Shown one piece after another: positions 47,582-57,796 of a stretch of 64,000 nucleotides of DNA. The stretch is from Candidatus Magasanikbacteria bacterium GW2011_GWC2_37_14 (GTDB lineage Bacteria > Patescibacteriota > Patescibacteriia > Magasanikbacterales > UBA922): contig LBSX01000005.1 in NCBI GenBank assembly GCA_000990355.1, forward strand, positions 4,584-68,583, in the 5' to 3' direction. The notes below the pieces were generated by a model that made no database searches, was not told where the DNA came from, and was given only the letters and a program-made list of their open reading frames with translations. The position numbers and the translations under genes were made by a program. Numbering within the stretch: the stretch's first letter is position 1; each line of letters begins with the position of its first letter.

Positions 47582-48034
47582 ATGGATTTGAATAGAGCAA
47601 CTATTCTCGGGCGTTTGACCCGCGATCCAGAATTAAAAACTACTCCCAACGGAAAGAGTGTGGCCACTATTGGCCTAGCTACCAATAGAGTTTGGACAAA
47701 TGCTGGCACTGGCGCCAAAGAAGAAAAAACTGAATTCCATAATTGTGTGCTTTGGGGTAAATTAGCCGAGATTGCTGGTCAATATTTAAGCAAAGGACGT
47801 CGTTTGTATGTGGAAGGAAGATTGGAAACCAGAGATTGGACAGGTCAGGACGGTGTAAAACGTTATCGTACCGAAATTGTGGTAGATAATATGATTATGC
47901 TTGACGGTCCACGCGGGACCGAAACCGGTAATCGCCCAGTTGCCAAAGTAGATTATTCAGAACCAGCTTTGCCAACTATTTCTGCCGATGAAGTAGTAGA
48001 AGAAGAAATTAAAGTTGAAGATATTCCATTTTAA
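47582..48034 (+). CDS. ssb: single-stranded DNA-binding protein
   Basis: OB fold motifs, acidic C-terminal DIPF tail. Confidence 0.9.
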   Translation: MDLNRATILGRLTRDPELKTTPNGKSVATIGLATNRVWTNAGTGAKEEKTEFHNCVLWGKLAEIAGQYLSKGRRLYVEGRLETRDWTGQDGVKRYRTEIVVDNMIMLDGPRGTETGNRPVAKVDYSEPALPTISADEVVEEEIKVEDIPF

Positions 48035-48039
48035 AAATT

Positions 48040-48279
48040 ATGATGTACAACAATAACAAAGAAAATGCAAAACCCATAGTAAGATATTGTCATTATTGTG
48101 TAAATAAACAAACAGCAGTAGATTACAAAGATGTACAATTATTACGTCGTTTTGTTTCCTCTTATTTAAAGATTGCTCCTCAACGTCGCAGTGGTTTGTG
48201 TGCACTCCACCAACGTAAAGTTGCTAATGCTATTAAACAAGCTAGAGTTGCTGGTTTAATGGGATTTGTGTCGAAGTAA
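48040..48279 (+). CDS. rpsR: 30S ribosomal protein S18
   Basis: CHYCVNK...DYKDVQLLRRFVS S18 signature. Confidence 0.9.
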   Translation: MMYNNNKENAKPIVRYCHYCVNKQTAVDYKDVQLLRRFVSSYLKIAPQRRSGLCALHQRKVANAIKQARVAGLMGFVSK

Positions 48280-48300
48280 AGTTTATAAAGTCTATAAAGT

Positions 48301-48336
48301 AAAACCGTCCCGCAACCTGCGGGACGGTTTTTTTCT
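48301..48336 (+). terminator. rho-independent terminator after rpsR
   Basis: AAAACCGTCCCGC-AACC-TGCGGGACGGTTTTTTT. Confidence 0.7.
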
Positions 48337-48565
48337 CCCCCTACAAGGGGAGGATTACGAAATGTGTTTGTGTGCGCGTGAACGAGTGATTGAACGTCGT
48401 CGCTGTCCCCCTCTTTCCCAACCTGCCTGCCGGTAGGCAGGGAGGGGGTAGGCCTGCCCGACATGCCGTCAAGGCAGGCGGGGGGAGTTTGCCGAGGCTT
48501 GCACAAACTCCGGCAACTCCACCGTCCGCCCTGGGCGGGCACCTCCTCTTGGTAAGAGGAGGATT
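48336..48565. repeat. array of GC-rich hairpin modules (includes CTCCCCCTACAAGGGGAGGATTACGAA and the GGCCTGCCCGACATGCCGTCAAGGCAGGCGGGG module)
   Basis: modules shared with 36447-36527 (reverse orientation) and 57763-57790. Confidence 0.7.
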
Positions 48566-48600
48566 AAAAAACACTCCGCTAATTAGCAGAGTGTTTTATA
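48566..48600 (-). terminator. hairpin plus T-run, candidate terminator for minus-strand lipoprotein gene
   Basis: AAAACACTCCGC-TAATTA-GCAGAGTGTTTTAT. Confidence 0.35.
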
Positions 48601-48720
48601 TTAACCCTCGGTTCTCCACAACACACTTATCTAAATATAAATGTATTCTGGAGATCGGAACCGAGGGTTCAGTGCCGATCATCCTTGGGGGGTGGTCGGC
48701 CGGGAGTGGCCTGGTGGGGT

Positions 48721-49101
48721 TCAACGCCCGCAGTTGAAGAGCTTGTGACTGCAGTTGGGGGTGGGGTCGCAGACATCACCACTACCGTCCTTGTCGACGT
48801 CGGTCTGGTCCGAGTTTGGTTTCTCGGGGCAGTTGTCGCAGACGTCGCCCACACCGTCCTTGTCGAAGTCGCGTTGGTCGTGGTTGAAGGTCCGCACCAA
48901 TGGGCAGTTGTCGATGCGGTCGGGGATGTTGTCCCCATCCACGTCGGAGTTGCGTTCGGCTTCGGCGGCCGACTGCTTCTGTCCGGCCTGGTAGTCTTCC
49001 CAGGCCTTCTCTCTGTCGGACGCTGGCCCACGCATCATGAGGACACAGCCTGAGAGATTTAGCACCATCGCCCACAGGGCGATAAGGATCATGCGGTTCA
49101 T
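48721..49101 (-). CDS. lipoprotein with thrombospondin type-3 (calcium-binding) repeats, on high-GC islet
   Basis: lipobox LNLSGC, three DxDxDGxxDxxDNC TSP3 repeats; GC about 60%, GC3-rich codons. Confidence 0.6.
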   Translation of the reverse strand: MNRMILIALWAMVLNLSGCVLMMRGPASDREKAWEDYQAGQKQSAAEAERNSDVDGDNIPDRIDNCPLVRTFNHDQRDFDKDGVGDVCDNCPEKPNSDQTDVDKDGSGDVCDPTPNCSHKLFNCGR

Positions 49102-49263
49102 GATTGCCTTTCAGCCCCAATGGGGCAGTGGTTAACCGCTTATTTTAGCAAAAAATTTGGCTAAATTAAGCGATTTACAACTATAAAAATATTTTATATA
49201 CTAACGGCGTATTATAGCACAAATTTGCCTTTTTGTCAAGAAGGTGTTATCCACTCCTTTAAT

Positions 49264-49292
49264 TTGACAGTTCTTTTTTTATGAGGTATACT
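49264..49292 (+). promoter_or_regulatory. sigma70 consensus promoter TTGACA-17-TATACT with about 220-nt leader before rpoB
   Basis: perfect -35, near-perfect -10. Confidence 0.6.
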
Positions 49293-49512
49293 GTTGTCAC
49301 TTTTCTCTCAGGGACACATTTGATTAGCAATTTGTCTGAACTTGAAAACCTGGGGTGTCGTACTCAAAAATACCTAATTTAAAGGGTTTTCGGGTAAGTA
49401 CCTACAGCATGTTGGAAAAAATACTTCGACAATAAATAATATTTTTGAGCTTCCTTAATAAAGGAAATTTTTTGTTATCTAAAAAATAATTTTTTAAAAT
49501 AATTTTATTTAT

Positions 49513-52500
49513 ATGCCAATTTTCAAACGTCAGCCTTTAAAAATAAAAGAACGTCAGTTCTTTACCGATAAACGCGAAGCCATACCTTTGCCAGATTTAA
49601 TTCAAATCCAAAAGGATTCTTATAACTGGTTTGTAAAAAATGGCGTGCGAGAATTGTTTGAAGAAATTTCTCCAATTACTGATTTTACTGGCCGTGATTT
49701 GGAATTGTATTTTGAAGATTATTATATTGATGAACCAAAATTTGATGAAGTAACTTGTCGTGAAAAAAATATTACCTATGAAGCGCCACTCCGGGTAAAT
49801 GCCAAATTAATTAATAAGCGCACTAGTAAGAGTGACACCCAAGAAATTTATTTGGGTGATATTCCAGTAATGACTCCTCGCGGAACTTTTGTGGTAAACG
49901 GTATTGAACGTTGTGTGGTGGCCCAGCTTATTCGTAGTGCCGGCGCTTTCTTTACTGCCGAGAATGTACGTGGTCGCCGTTATTATGGAGCAAAAATTAT
50001 TCCTAATCGTGGAGCCTGGATTGAAATTGAAACTGATTTAAATAATGTCGTTTGGATTAAAGTAGACCGCAAAAGAAAAGTAGCAGCCACATCTTTGCTT
50101 CGCGCTTTTGGTATGGGTAATGACGAAGATATTATTAAAGCTTTTAAAGATGTAAATAGTCATCCCAATGTTGATTATGTAGAAGCGACTCTAAAAAAAG
50201 ATGCCGCTAGAAATGAAGATGATGGTTTGATTGAAGTTTATCGTCGTATTCGCCCAGGTGATTTGGCTACTTCCGACAATGCCAAGAGTTTAATTCATGC
50301 CATGTTTTTTAATTTTGACCGTTATGATTTGGGACGTGTAGGTGTTTACAAATTTAATACTAAATTTGAATTGAATTTAAAAGAAGATGATTATGAAAAG
50401 AAAGAAGAAAGAGTGTTATCTTTAGAAAAAATATTATTAGTTTTAAAAGAAGTAGTGCGTTTGAATGTTACTCAAGAAGAACCAGATGATATTGATCATT
50501 TGGGAAATCGACGTTTGCGCGCGGTTGGTGAATTGGTACAAAATCGTTTTCGCGTGGGTATGGCCAGAATGGAACGTATTGTAAAAGACAGAATGAGTAC
50601 TTATGAATTGGAAAGTTTAAGTCCAAATCGTCTTATCAATGCTCGTCCGGTAATTGGTGCTGTTCATGAATTTTTTATGAGTTCCCAATTATCCCAGTTT
50701 ATGGATCAAATAAATCCTTTGTCTGAATTGGAACATAAACGTCGTGTTTCGGCCTTGGGACCCGGAGGTTTGTCCCGTGATCGTGCTGGCTTTGAAGTTC
50801 GGGACGTTCACACCACTCACTATGGTAGAATTTGCCCAATTGCTACCCCCGAAGGTCCAAATATTGGCTTGGTTGGTCATTTGGCTAGTTTTGCCAAAGT
50901 AAATAGTTTTGGCTTTTTGGAAACACCTTACCGAAAAGTGGCTCAAGAAAAAGGTAAAAAACCAAAAGTTACCAATGAAGTTGTTTATTTAAATTCTTTT
51001 CAAGAAGAAAGAATAATTACTGTAAGTGCTAATACTGTTGTTGACAAAGATGGTTATATTTTGGGCGTAAGAGTTCCAGCTCGTATTAAAGGTGAGCCAG
51101 GAGTAACTGAAGTAGAAAATATTGATTACATGGATGTGGCTTCCAATCAAATTTTAAGTATTGCTACTTCTTGTATTCCATTTTTGGAACACGATGATGC
51201 TACTCGCGCTTTGATGGGTTCAAACATGCAACGCCAAGCAGTGCCTTGTATTTGTCCCGAAGCTCCTTTGGTTGGTACTGGCATCGAAGGCAAAGCCGCC
51301 GAAAATAGTGGTCATGTGTTGCTTAGTGATTGTGATGGCGAAGCAACTTATGTAGATGGCATGCGAATAGAAATTACCAATAAAAAAGGTGAAATTAAAA
51401 AATATCGTTTAAACAAATTTGTTCGTTCCAACGCTTCTAGTTGTATAGACCAACGTCCATTGGTAAATTTGGGTGATAAAGTTAAAAAAGGTCAACCAAT
51501 TTGTGATGGCCCATCTACAGATCAAGGTGAATTGGCCTTGGGGCAGAATGTTTTGGTTGCTTATATGGTGTGGGATGGTTTTAACTACGAAGATGCGGTA
51601 ATTGTTTCCGAACGTTTGGTACAAAAAGACAAATATACTTCGGTTCATATCGAAGATTATAAAATTGATGTACGTGAAACAAAATTAGGACCAGAAGTAG
51701 TAACTGCCGACATTCCAAATGTTTCTGAAGAAAAATTAAAAAATTTGGATGCCGAAGGAATTGTGCGTATTGGTGCCGAAGTTCAATCTGGAGATATTTT
51801 GGTAGGTAAAATTACGCCAAAGGGTGAAACTGAATTATCTCCTGAAGAACGATTACTTCGCGCCATCTTTGGAGAAAAAGCCCGAGATGTACGTGATTCC
51901 TCACTTTATTTGGAACATGGTGAACATGGTAAAGTAATTGATATTAAAATTTTCTCGGCCGAAAATGGTGACAAATTACAGCCAGGCGTAATTAAACAAG
52001 TACAAATTACCGTGGCTGATTTGCGCAAAATTCAAGTGGGTGACAAAATGGCTGGCCGTCATGGAAACAAAGGTGTTATTTCCAAAGTAGTGCCAGTAGC
52101 CGATATGCCATTTTTGGAAGATGGTACCCCAGTAGATATTATTTTATCTCCTTTGGGTGTTATTTCTCGTATGAATTTGGGGCAATTGCTAGAAACCCAT
52201 TTGGGTTTGGCAGCCAATGCTTTGGGATACAAAGCCGCTACCCCTACTTTAAATGGAGTTACCGAAGAACAAATTAAAGCCGAATTAGTTAAAGCTGGTT
52301 TTCCAGCTAGTGGTCAATTACAACTTTGTGACGGCCGTACTGGTGAACCATTTGATCACAAAACTACTGTGGGTTATCCTTACATGCTCAAATTAAACCA
52401 CATGGTAGAAGACAAAATTCACCAACGTTCAATTGGTCCATACAGTTTAATTACTCAACAACCTTTGGGTGGCAAAGCCCAATTTGGTGGACAGCGTTTT

Positions 52501-52818
52501 GGAGAAATGGAAGTGTGGGCCTTAGAAGCATATGGCGCCGCCCATACTTTACAAGAAATTTTAACTATCAAATCCGATGATGTACCCGGACGTTCCAAAG
52601 CTTATGAAGCGATTATTAAGGGTGAAAAAATTACCCGGGTTAATTTACCAGAATCATTCAATGTGTTGGTTAGAGAATTGAAAGGTTTGGCACTGGATGT
52701 AGAACTTTTGTCTAGAAATCAAGATGGCACTTTTCGGGCAGTAAGCGAAGAAGAATCAATCAAGAAGCCCGAAGAAGAGAATCGTGAAAGAGTAAAGACA
52801 GAAACAGTTGAAGAATAA
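49513..52818 (+). CDS. rpoB: DNA-directed RNA polymerase subunit beta
   Basis: 1101 aa, conserved throughout. Confidence 0.98.
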   Translation: MPIFKRQPLKIKERQFFTDKREAIPLPDLIQIQKDSYNWFVKNGVRELFEEISPITDFTGRDLELYFEDYYIDEPKFDEVTCREKNITYEAPLRVNAKLINKRTSKSDTQEIYLGDIPVMTPRGTFVVNGIERCVVAQLIRSAGAFFTAENVRGRRYYGAKIIPNRGAWIEIETDLNNVVWIKVDRKRKVAATSLLRAFGMGNDEDIIKAFKDVNSHPNVDYVEATLKKDAARNEDDGLIEVYRRIRPGDLATSDNAKSLIHAMFFNFDRYDLGRVGVYKFNTKFELNLKEDDYEKKEERVLSLEKILLVLKEVVRLNVTQEEPDDIDHLGNRRLRAVGELVQNRFRVGMARMERIVKDRMSTYELESLSPNRLINARPVIGAVHEFFMSSQLSQFMDQINPLSELEHKRRVSALGPGGLSRDRAGFEVRDVHTTHYGRICPIATPEGPNIGLVGHLASFAKVNSFGFLETPYRKVAQEKGKKPKVTNEVVYLNSFQEERIITVSANTVVDKDGYILGVRVPARIKGEPGVTEVENIDYMDVASNQILSIATSCIPFLEHDDATRALMGSNMQRQAVPCICPEAPLVGTGIEGKAAENSGHVLLSDCDGEATYVDGMRIEITNKKGEIKKYRLNKFVRSNASSCIDQRPLVNLGDKVKKGQPICDGPSTDQGELALGQNVLVAYMVWDGFNYEDAVIVSERLVQKDKYTSVHIEDYKIDVRETKLGPEVVTADIPNVSEEKLKNLDAEGIVRIGAEVQSGDILVGKITPKGETELSPEERLLRAIFGEKARDVRDSSLYLEHGEHGKVIDIKIFSAENGDKLQPGVIKQVQITVADLRKIQVGDKMAGRHGNKGVISKVVPVADMPFLEDGTPVDIILSPLGVISRMNLGQLLETHLGLAANALGYKAATPTLNGVTEEQIKAELVKAGFPASGQLQLCDGRTGEPFDHKTTVGYPYMLKLNHMVEDKIHQRSIGPYSLITQQPLGGKAQFGGQRFGEMEVWALEAYGAAHTLQEILTIKSDDVPGRSKAYEAIIKGEKITRVNLPESFNVLVRELKGLALDVELLSRNQDGTFRAVSEEESIKKPEEENRERVKTETVEE

Positions 52819-52856
52819 TTTAATACTTTAATTATCAATTATTATTCTATAAATTT

Positions 52857-55800
52857 ATGACACGTGATTCTCTACATTCAATGGAATTTGATGCCTTGCG
52901 TTTAAGAGTAGCTTCTCCCGAAGTTATTCGCGCTTGGTCTTATGGCGAAGTAAATAAGCCGGAAACTATTAACTATCGTACGCAAAAACCAGAAAAAGGT
53001 GGTTTGTTTGCCGAAGAAATTTTTGGACCGACCAAAGATTGGGAATGTTACTGTGGAAAGTACAAAAAAATTCGTTATAAAGGAATTATCTGCGATAAGT
53101 GTGGAGTAGAAGTTACTCATTCGTTGGTTCGTCGTCAAAGAATGGGACACATTGAACTTTGCACTGCTGTTTCGCATATTTGGTTTTTACGTTCCATTCC
53201 TTCTAAAGTCGGTTTAATTTTAGATCTATCTATTCAGTCTTTGGAAAAAGTAATTTATTTTGCTTCTTTTATTATCACCAAAGTACACGAAGATGCCAAA
53301 AAAGAAACACACGAATTATTAAAGCAAGAATATAAGTCCAAGAAAAAACAAATTTTAAAAGAAACAGAAACAGAAATTGCCCAAGCCAATGAACAGAAAA
53401 AAGGCCATGCTGTTTTGGAAGAAATTGCCAAAGAACGAGATCGTAAATTACAATCTTTGGAAGATGATTTTTCTCAAGCAGAAACTGATTTACATGATTT
53501 GCAAATTTTAAAAATTATTTCGGAAAATCGTTATCAAGAATTAGCTTTACGTTTTGGTCATTTGTTTGATGCGGAAATTGGGGCCGAGGCTGTACGTCGT
53601 TTACTCGAAAGATTAAATTTGGCTGAAACAATCAAAAATTTAGAAGCAGAAACTTTAAAAACCAAAGGAGCCAAACGTGACCGCTTGGTGCGTCGGGTAA
53701 AACTTTTAAAGAGTTTGCATAAAAATGATATTCGTCCTGAATGGATGATCCTGACTACTATTCCAGTGGTGCCGCCAGATTTGCGTCCAATGGTAGCATT
53801 AGATGGTGGACGTTTTGCGACTTCTGATTTAAATGATTTGTATCGTCGGGTAATCAACCGTAATAATCGTTTACGTCGTTTGTTAGAACTTAATGCTCCA
53901 GAAGTAATTTGTCGTAATGAAAAAAGAATGTTGCAAGAAGCAGTTGACGCCCTAATCGACAACAATGCTCGGGCTAGTAAAACTGTAACTGCTTCTACCG
54001 GGCAAAAAAGACAATTACGTTCTTTGGCCGACATCTTAAAAGGTAAACAAGGTCGTTTCCGTCAAAACTTGCTTGGTAAACGCGTGGACTATTCTGGTCG
54101 TTCGGTAATTGTGGTTGGACCAAAATTACATATTGATCAATGTGGTATTCCTAAGCGTATGGCTTTGGAATTATTCAAACCATTTGTGATGGCCGAAATT
54201 ATTAAACGTGAATTAGCCCACAACGTGCGCAGTGCTAGTCGTTTTATCGAAACCAATGCTCCAGAAGTTTGGGATATTTTGGAAGAATTAATTGGCAAAA
54301 CTAGAGTACTGTTAAATCGTGCTCCAACTTTGCATCGTTTGGGTATTCAAGCATTCCGTCCTCATTTGGTAGAAGGAAAAGCAATTAATTTGCATCCGCT
54401 TGTTTGTCCAGCTTTTAATGCTGACTTCGACGGCGATCAAATGGCCGTACATTTGCCATTAACCGAAGAAGCCAAATGGGAAGCAGAACATTTAATGGCT
54501 GCAGAAAAAAATCTTTTAAAACCAGCTACGGGCGCTCCAGTAATTACTCCACAACAAGATATTGCTTTGGGTTGTTATTATTTAACCAAATATCGTGAAG
54601 ATGACAAAGGTGAAGTGAAAAAATATTTCTCTGGATTAAAAGAAGCTCGTTATGCTTACCAAACACGTAAAATTTCTTTGAAAGACAGAATCAAAGTTCG
54701 TTTTGATGATTTAAGTAAATTTCCCGAAGGTCAAGAATCAATTATTGAAACTTCTTTGGGTAGAATTTTCTTCAACGAAATTTTGCCAGAGCGTTTACCA
54801 TTTTATAATGAAGCGATTACCAAAAAACATTTGGCCAATATCATTCAATTATTGTTGGAATTTTATGGCCAACAAGAAACCGCCTTTGTCTTGGACAAGA
54901 TGAAAGATTTAGGTTTTAAATATGTAACCAAATCTGGTTATTCATTGGGCATGGACGATTTTGGTAGAATCCCCGAAAAAGCCGCAATTTTAGTAGAAGG
55001 TGACGCCTTGGTATTGCAAGTGCAAGATCAATACAAAGACGGTTTGCTTACAGACAGTGAACGTCATTCCAAAGTTTTGGAAATTTGGACTACGGTAAAA
55101 GATCGAGTAGTTGGACACAACAAAGAAGCTTTGGATAAAGACGGCCCAGCTTTTGCCATGATTGATTCTGGGGCTCGTGGTTCTTGGGGTCAGCTTGGCC
55201 AAACCATTGGTATGAAAGGCTTGGTAGCTTCTCCTTCTGGAGAAATTATTGAATTGCCAGTAAAAGGCAACTTTAAAGAAGGTTTTGATGTACTTGAATT
55301 CTTTATTTCTTCTCATGGTACTAGAAAAGGTTTGTCCGATACTGCTCTTCGTACTGCCAACGCTGGTTACTTAACCCGCCGTTTGGTAGATGTAGCCCAA
55401 GATGTAGTAGTTTTGGCCGAAGATTGTGGCGAAGATGAAGGTCAAATATTTACCAAAAAACAATCAGAAGAAATGGGAGAAAAATTATCCGAAAGAGTAC
55501 AAGGTAGATTTGTGTTGGCCGATGTAAAAGTTGGTAACAAAATAATTATTAAAAAAGATGAAATTGTTACCGAAGAAATTGCCAGAAAAATTAATGAAAA
55601 TAATATTGAGGAAGTGCATGTTCGCTCAGTTTCCAAATGCCGATTGCCAAAAGGTGTTTGCCAAAAATGTTATGGCTTTGACTTAGGTTATAATCGTTTG
55701 GTAGAAAAAGGTATTGCCGTAGGTACAATCGCTGCCCAATCCATTGGTGAACCGGGCACTCAGCTTACCATGCGTACCTTCCATTTGGGTGGTGTAGCCG

Positions 55801-56732
55801 GTGGTGGTGATATTACCCAAGGTTTGCCTCGTGTAGAAGAACTTTTTGAAGCTCGTCCCCCAAAACGTCAATCTGTTTTAACTGAAGTTTCGGGCACAGT
55901 AGAAATTGAAGATGCTGATGGTAAAGTAATTACCGGTCCAACTGGACGTAAAATTTTTGAAGGTCGTCGTGGACAAAAAATTATTAAAGTTCATTTTGAA
56001 GGAACCGAAGAAGCCAAATTTAAAGTTAATGCTCAAGATGATTTGCAAGTAAAAGATGGTGATAAAGTAAAAAAAGACGATGTGCTCTTGGTGCGAGGTT
56101 CTTCTGGAGAAGAAATAAAAGCTAGTTATCCTGGGACAGTAGCAATAAATGGTAAAGAATTATTACTTACTTTTGAAGGTAAACAAACCAAAGAATATAT
56201 TGTTCCATTGGGATATAAGATTTGGGTGAAAAATGGCGATCAAATTCAAAAAGGCGATCAAATTACCGAAGGCGCGGTGAATTTGCAAGAATTATATGAA
56301 TTAAGAGGTAAACCAGCGGTAGAAAGATATGTGCTTAGTGAAATCAAAGCAATTTATGCTTCGCAAGGTCAGCGTTTAAATGATAAACACGTAGAAATTA
56401 TTATTAAACAAATGTTTTCTCGTGTGTATGTAGAAGATCCAGGCGATACCGAATTATTGCCAGGAGAAACTGTAGAAAAAGCTCAAGTAATGGTGGCCAA
56501 CGAACAAATGCGCAAAGAAGGTAAAAAAGAAGCCAGTGGTCGTGAATTATTCTTGGGTGTTTCCAAAGTTTCACTTTCTACCCAAAGCTTTTTATCTTCG
56601 GCTTCGTTCCAAGAAACTGCTCGCGTACTTATTAATGCCGCAATTACTGGTAAAGTAGATTATTTAAATGGTCTAAAAGAAAATGTAATTATCGGCCGAC
56701 TTATTCCTGCTGGTACTGGGTATAAGGAGTAA
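52857..56732 (+). CDS. rpoC: DNA-directed RNA polymerase subunit beta'
   Basis: 1291 aa, NADFDGD active site, zinc-binding CxxC. Confidence 0.98.
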   Translation: MTRDSLHSMEFDALRLRVASPEVIRAWSYGEVNKPETINYRTQKPEKGGLFAEEIFGPTKDWECYCGKYKKIRYKGIICDKCGVEVTHSLVRRQRMGHIELCTAVSHIWFLRSIPSKVGLILDLSIQSLEKVIYFASFIITKVHEDAKKETHELLKQEYKSKKKQILKETETEIAQANEQKKGHAVLEEIAKERDRKLQSLEDDFSQAETDLHDLQILKIISENRYQELALRFGHLFDAEIGAEAVRRLLERLNLAETIKNLEAETLKTKGAKRDRLVRRVKLLKSLHKNDIRPEWMILTTIPVVPPDLRPMVALDGGRFATSDLNDLYRRVINRNNRLRRLLELNAPEVICRNEKRMLQEAVDALIDNNARASKTVTASTGQKRQLRSLADILKGKQGRFRQNLLGKRVDYSGRSVIVVGPKLHIDQCGIPKRMALELFKPFVMAEIIKRELAHNVRSASRFIETNAPEVWDILEELIGKTRVLLNRAPTLHRLGIQAFRPHLVEGKAINLHPLVCPAFNADFDGDQMAVHLPLTEEAKWEAEHLMAAEKNLLKPATGAPVITPQQDIALGCYYLTKYREDDKGEVKKYFSGLKEARYAYQTRKISLKDRIKVRFDDLSKFPEGQESIIETSLGRIFFNEILPERLPFYNEAITKKHLANIIQLLLEFYGQQETAFVLDKMKDLGFKYVTKSGYSLGMDDFGRIPEKAAILVEGDALVLQVQDQYKDGLLTDSERHSKVLEIWTTVKDRVVGHNKEALDKDGPAFAMIDSGARGSWGQLGQTIGMKGLVASPSGEIIELPVKGNFKEGFDVLEFFISSHGTRKGLSDTALRTANAGYLTRRLVDVAQDVVVLAEDCGEDEGQIFTKKQSEEMGEKLSERVQGRFVLADVKVGNKIIIKKDEIVTEEIARKINENNIEEVHVRSVSKCRLPKGVCQKCYGFDLGYNRLVEKGIAVGTIAAQSIGEPGTQLTMRTFHLGGVAGGGDITQGLPRVEELFEARPPKRQSVLTEVSGTVEIEDADGKVITGPTGRKIFEGRRGQKIIKVHFEGTEEAKFKVNAQDDLQVKDGDKVKKDDVLLVRGSSGEEIKASYPGTVAINGKELLLTFEGKQTKEYIVPLGYKIWVKNGDQIQKGDQITEGAVNLQELYELRGKPAVERYVLSEIKAIYASQGQRLNDKHVEIIIKQMFSRVYVEDPGDTELLPGETVEKAQVMVANEQMRKEGKKEASGRELFLGVSKVSLSTQSFLSSASFQETARVLINAAITGKVDYLNGLKENVIIGRLIPAGTGYKE

Positions 56733-56744
56733 AACTGTTAAAAT

Positions 56745-56781
56745 AAAATCGTCCCAAATTAGTTGGGACGATTTTTTTATT
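56745..56781 (+). terminator. rho-independent terminator after rpoC
   Basis: AAAATCGTCCCAA-ATTA-GTTGGGACGATTTTTTTATT. Confidence 0.7.
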
Positions 56782-56883
56782 ATACTCACGTACTAGCGTA
56801 CTAGTACAGTAGTGCGTTTGTTAAGACAAAATACTTTTGGGAAGGGGGGACACAGAACTGCGTCCCCAGAGGAGGGAAGTGAA

Positions 56884-57525
56884 CTACCGGAAGAGTACGC
56901 ACCGCGGGGGCACGATCAGGCTGGCGGGGTTGACACCGTCCCAGCTGATCAGTCCCTGGAGCACCATGTTTGTCATGTGCGACTGCCACGCCCGTTCGAC
57001 TTCGTTGACGCGCTTGGCCAAGGAGTCGGGGGTGTCGTCATCGCGGATCAAGACCGGGTAGTGGAAGAAGACCGGTCCTCGGTCGAATTCTTCGGTGACG
57101 AAGTGCATGCAGACCGCGCTGGCGGTCAGCTCGCCTTGGTGGAAGGTGGCCATCACGGCTTCGTGCACGTGGTGGCCGTACATGCCCGGACCGCCGTACT
57201 TGTACAACGGACCGGGGTGGATGTTGATGGTCTTCTTGGGGTCGAGACCCCTGACCAACTTCAGCCAGCCGGACAGCGCGACGAGGTCGGGCTGGAAGGC
57301 GTCGACGAGAAGCTGATATTGGTCTACCGACCAGGGTGCGGGCATGTGAACGAATTTGACGCCCAATTTTTCGGCGCGTCGTTCTACACCACCACCTCGC
57401 ACGTTGGAAACTACGGCCACGATGTCCGCCTGGAGAACTCCGGTGCGGGAATTCTCCACGAGTTCTTGGAAGCCAGAGCCTCCACCCTCCCTGGAACCCG
57501 AAGCGAATACGAGAATCCTTTTCAT
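56884..57525 (-). CDS. PurN-like formyltransferase (stand-alone formyl_trans_N domain, 213 aa) on high-GC islet
   Basis: MKRILVFASGS N-terminus, NIHPGPLYKYGG and HFVTEEFDRGPV motifs of GAR formyltransferase family; GC about 60%; start set at MKRIL (track ORF starts upstream). Confidence 0.7.
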   Translation of the reverse strand: MKRILVFASGSREGGGSGFQELVENSRTGVLQADIVAVVSNVRGGGVERRAEKLGVKFVHMPAPWSVDQYQLLVDAFQPDLVALSGWLKLVRGLDPKKTINIHPGPLYKYGGPGMYGHHVHEAVMATFHQGELTASAVCMHFVTEEFDRGPVFFHYPVLIRDDDTPDSLAKRVNEVERAWQSHMTNMVLQGLISWDGVNPASLIVPPRCVLFR

Positions 57526-57626
57526 GTCTGAGCCTTTCTGGTTGTTGTTCACCACTCCCAAAAATATTTTGTAAATAACTAAACTATTGGTTAGCTTAGC
57601 GCTAAATATGGGAATTGTCAATGGTA

Positions 57627-57790
57627 TTCCCCCTTAGAAAAGGGGGAATAAGGGGGTTGTTGGTAAACCCTCCCCTTGTAGGGGAGGTACCCCGAGTATA
57701 CGGGGTGGTGGGGTTCGTAGTTCTAACATGAACCCCCACCCTCCGACTGCGACGTCGGAGGACTCCCCCTACGAGGGGGAGGATTACGAA
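57627..57790. repeat. array of six consecutive GC-rich hairpins (TTCCCCCTTAGAAAAGGGGGAA, CCCTCCCCTTGTAGGGGAGG, CCCCGAGTATACGGGG, GGTGGGGGTTCG..GAACCCCCACC, CTCCGACTGCGACGTCGGAG, CTCCCCCTACGAGGGGGAGGATTACGAA)
   Basis: last module nearly identical to 48336-48362; CCCCGAG..CGGGG module matches 12646-12664. Confidence 0.7.
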
Positions 57791-57796
57791 CTTTTT

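Noticed and set aside
48669-49120. Five overlapping ORFs (79-126 aa) on both strands over the TSP3 islet
   Set aside because: Same high-GC artefact. Only the lipobox/TSP3-repeat frame shows protein-like features.
56812-57574. Plus-strand ORFs (239, 74, 73, 72 aa) antisense to the purN-like gene
   Set aside because: Antisense frames in high-GC DNA. The minus-strand frame has clear formyltransferase motifs.
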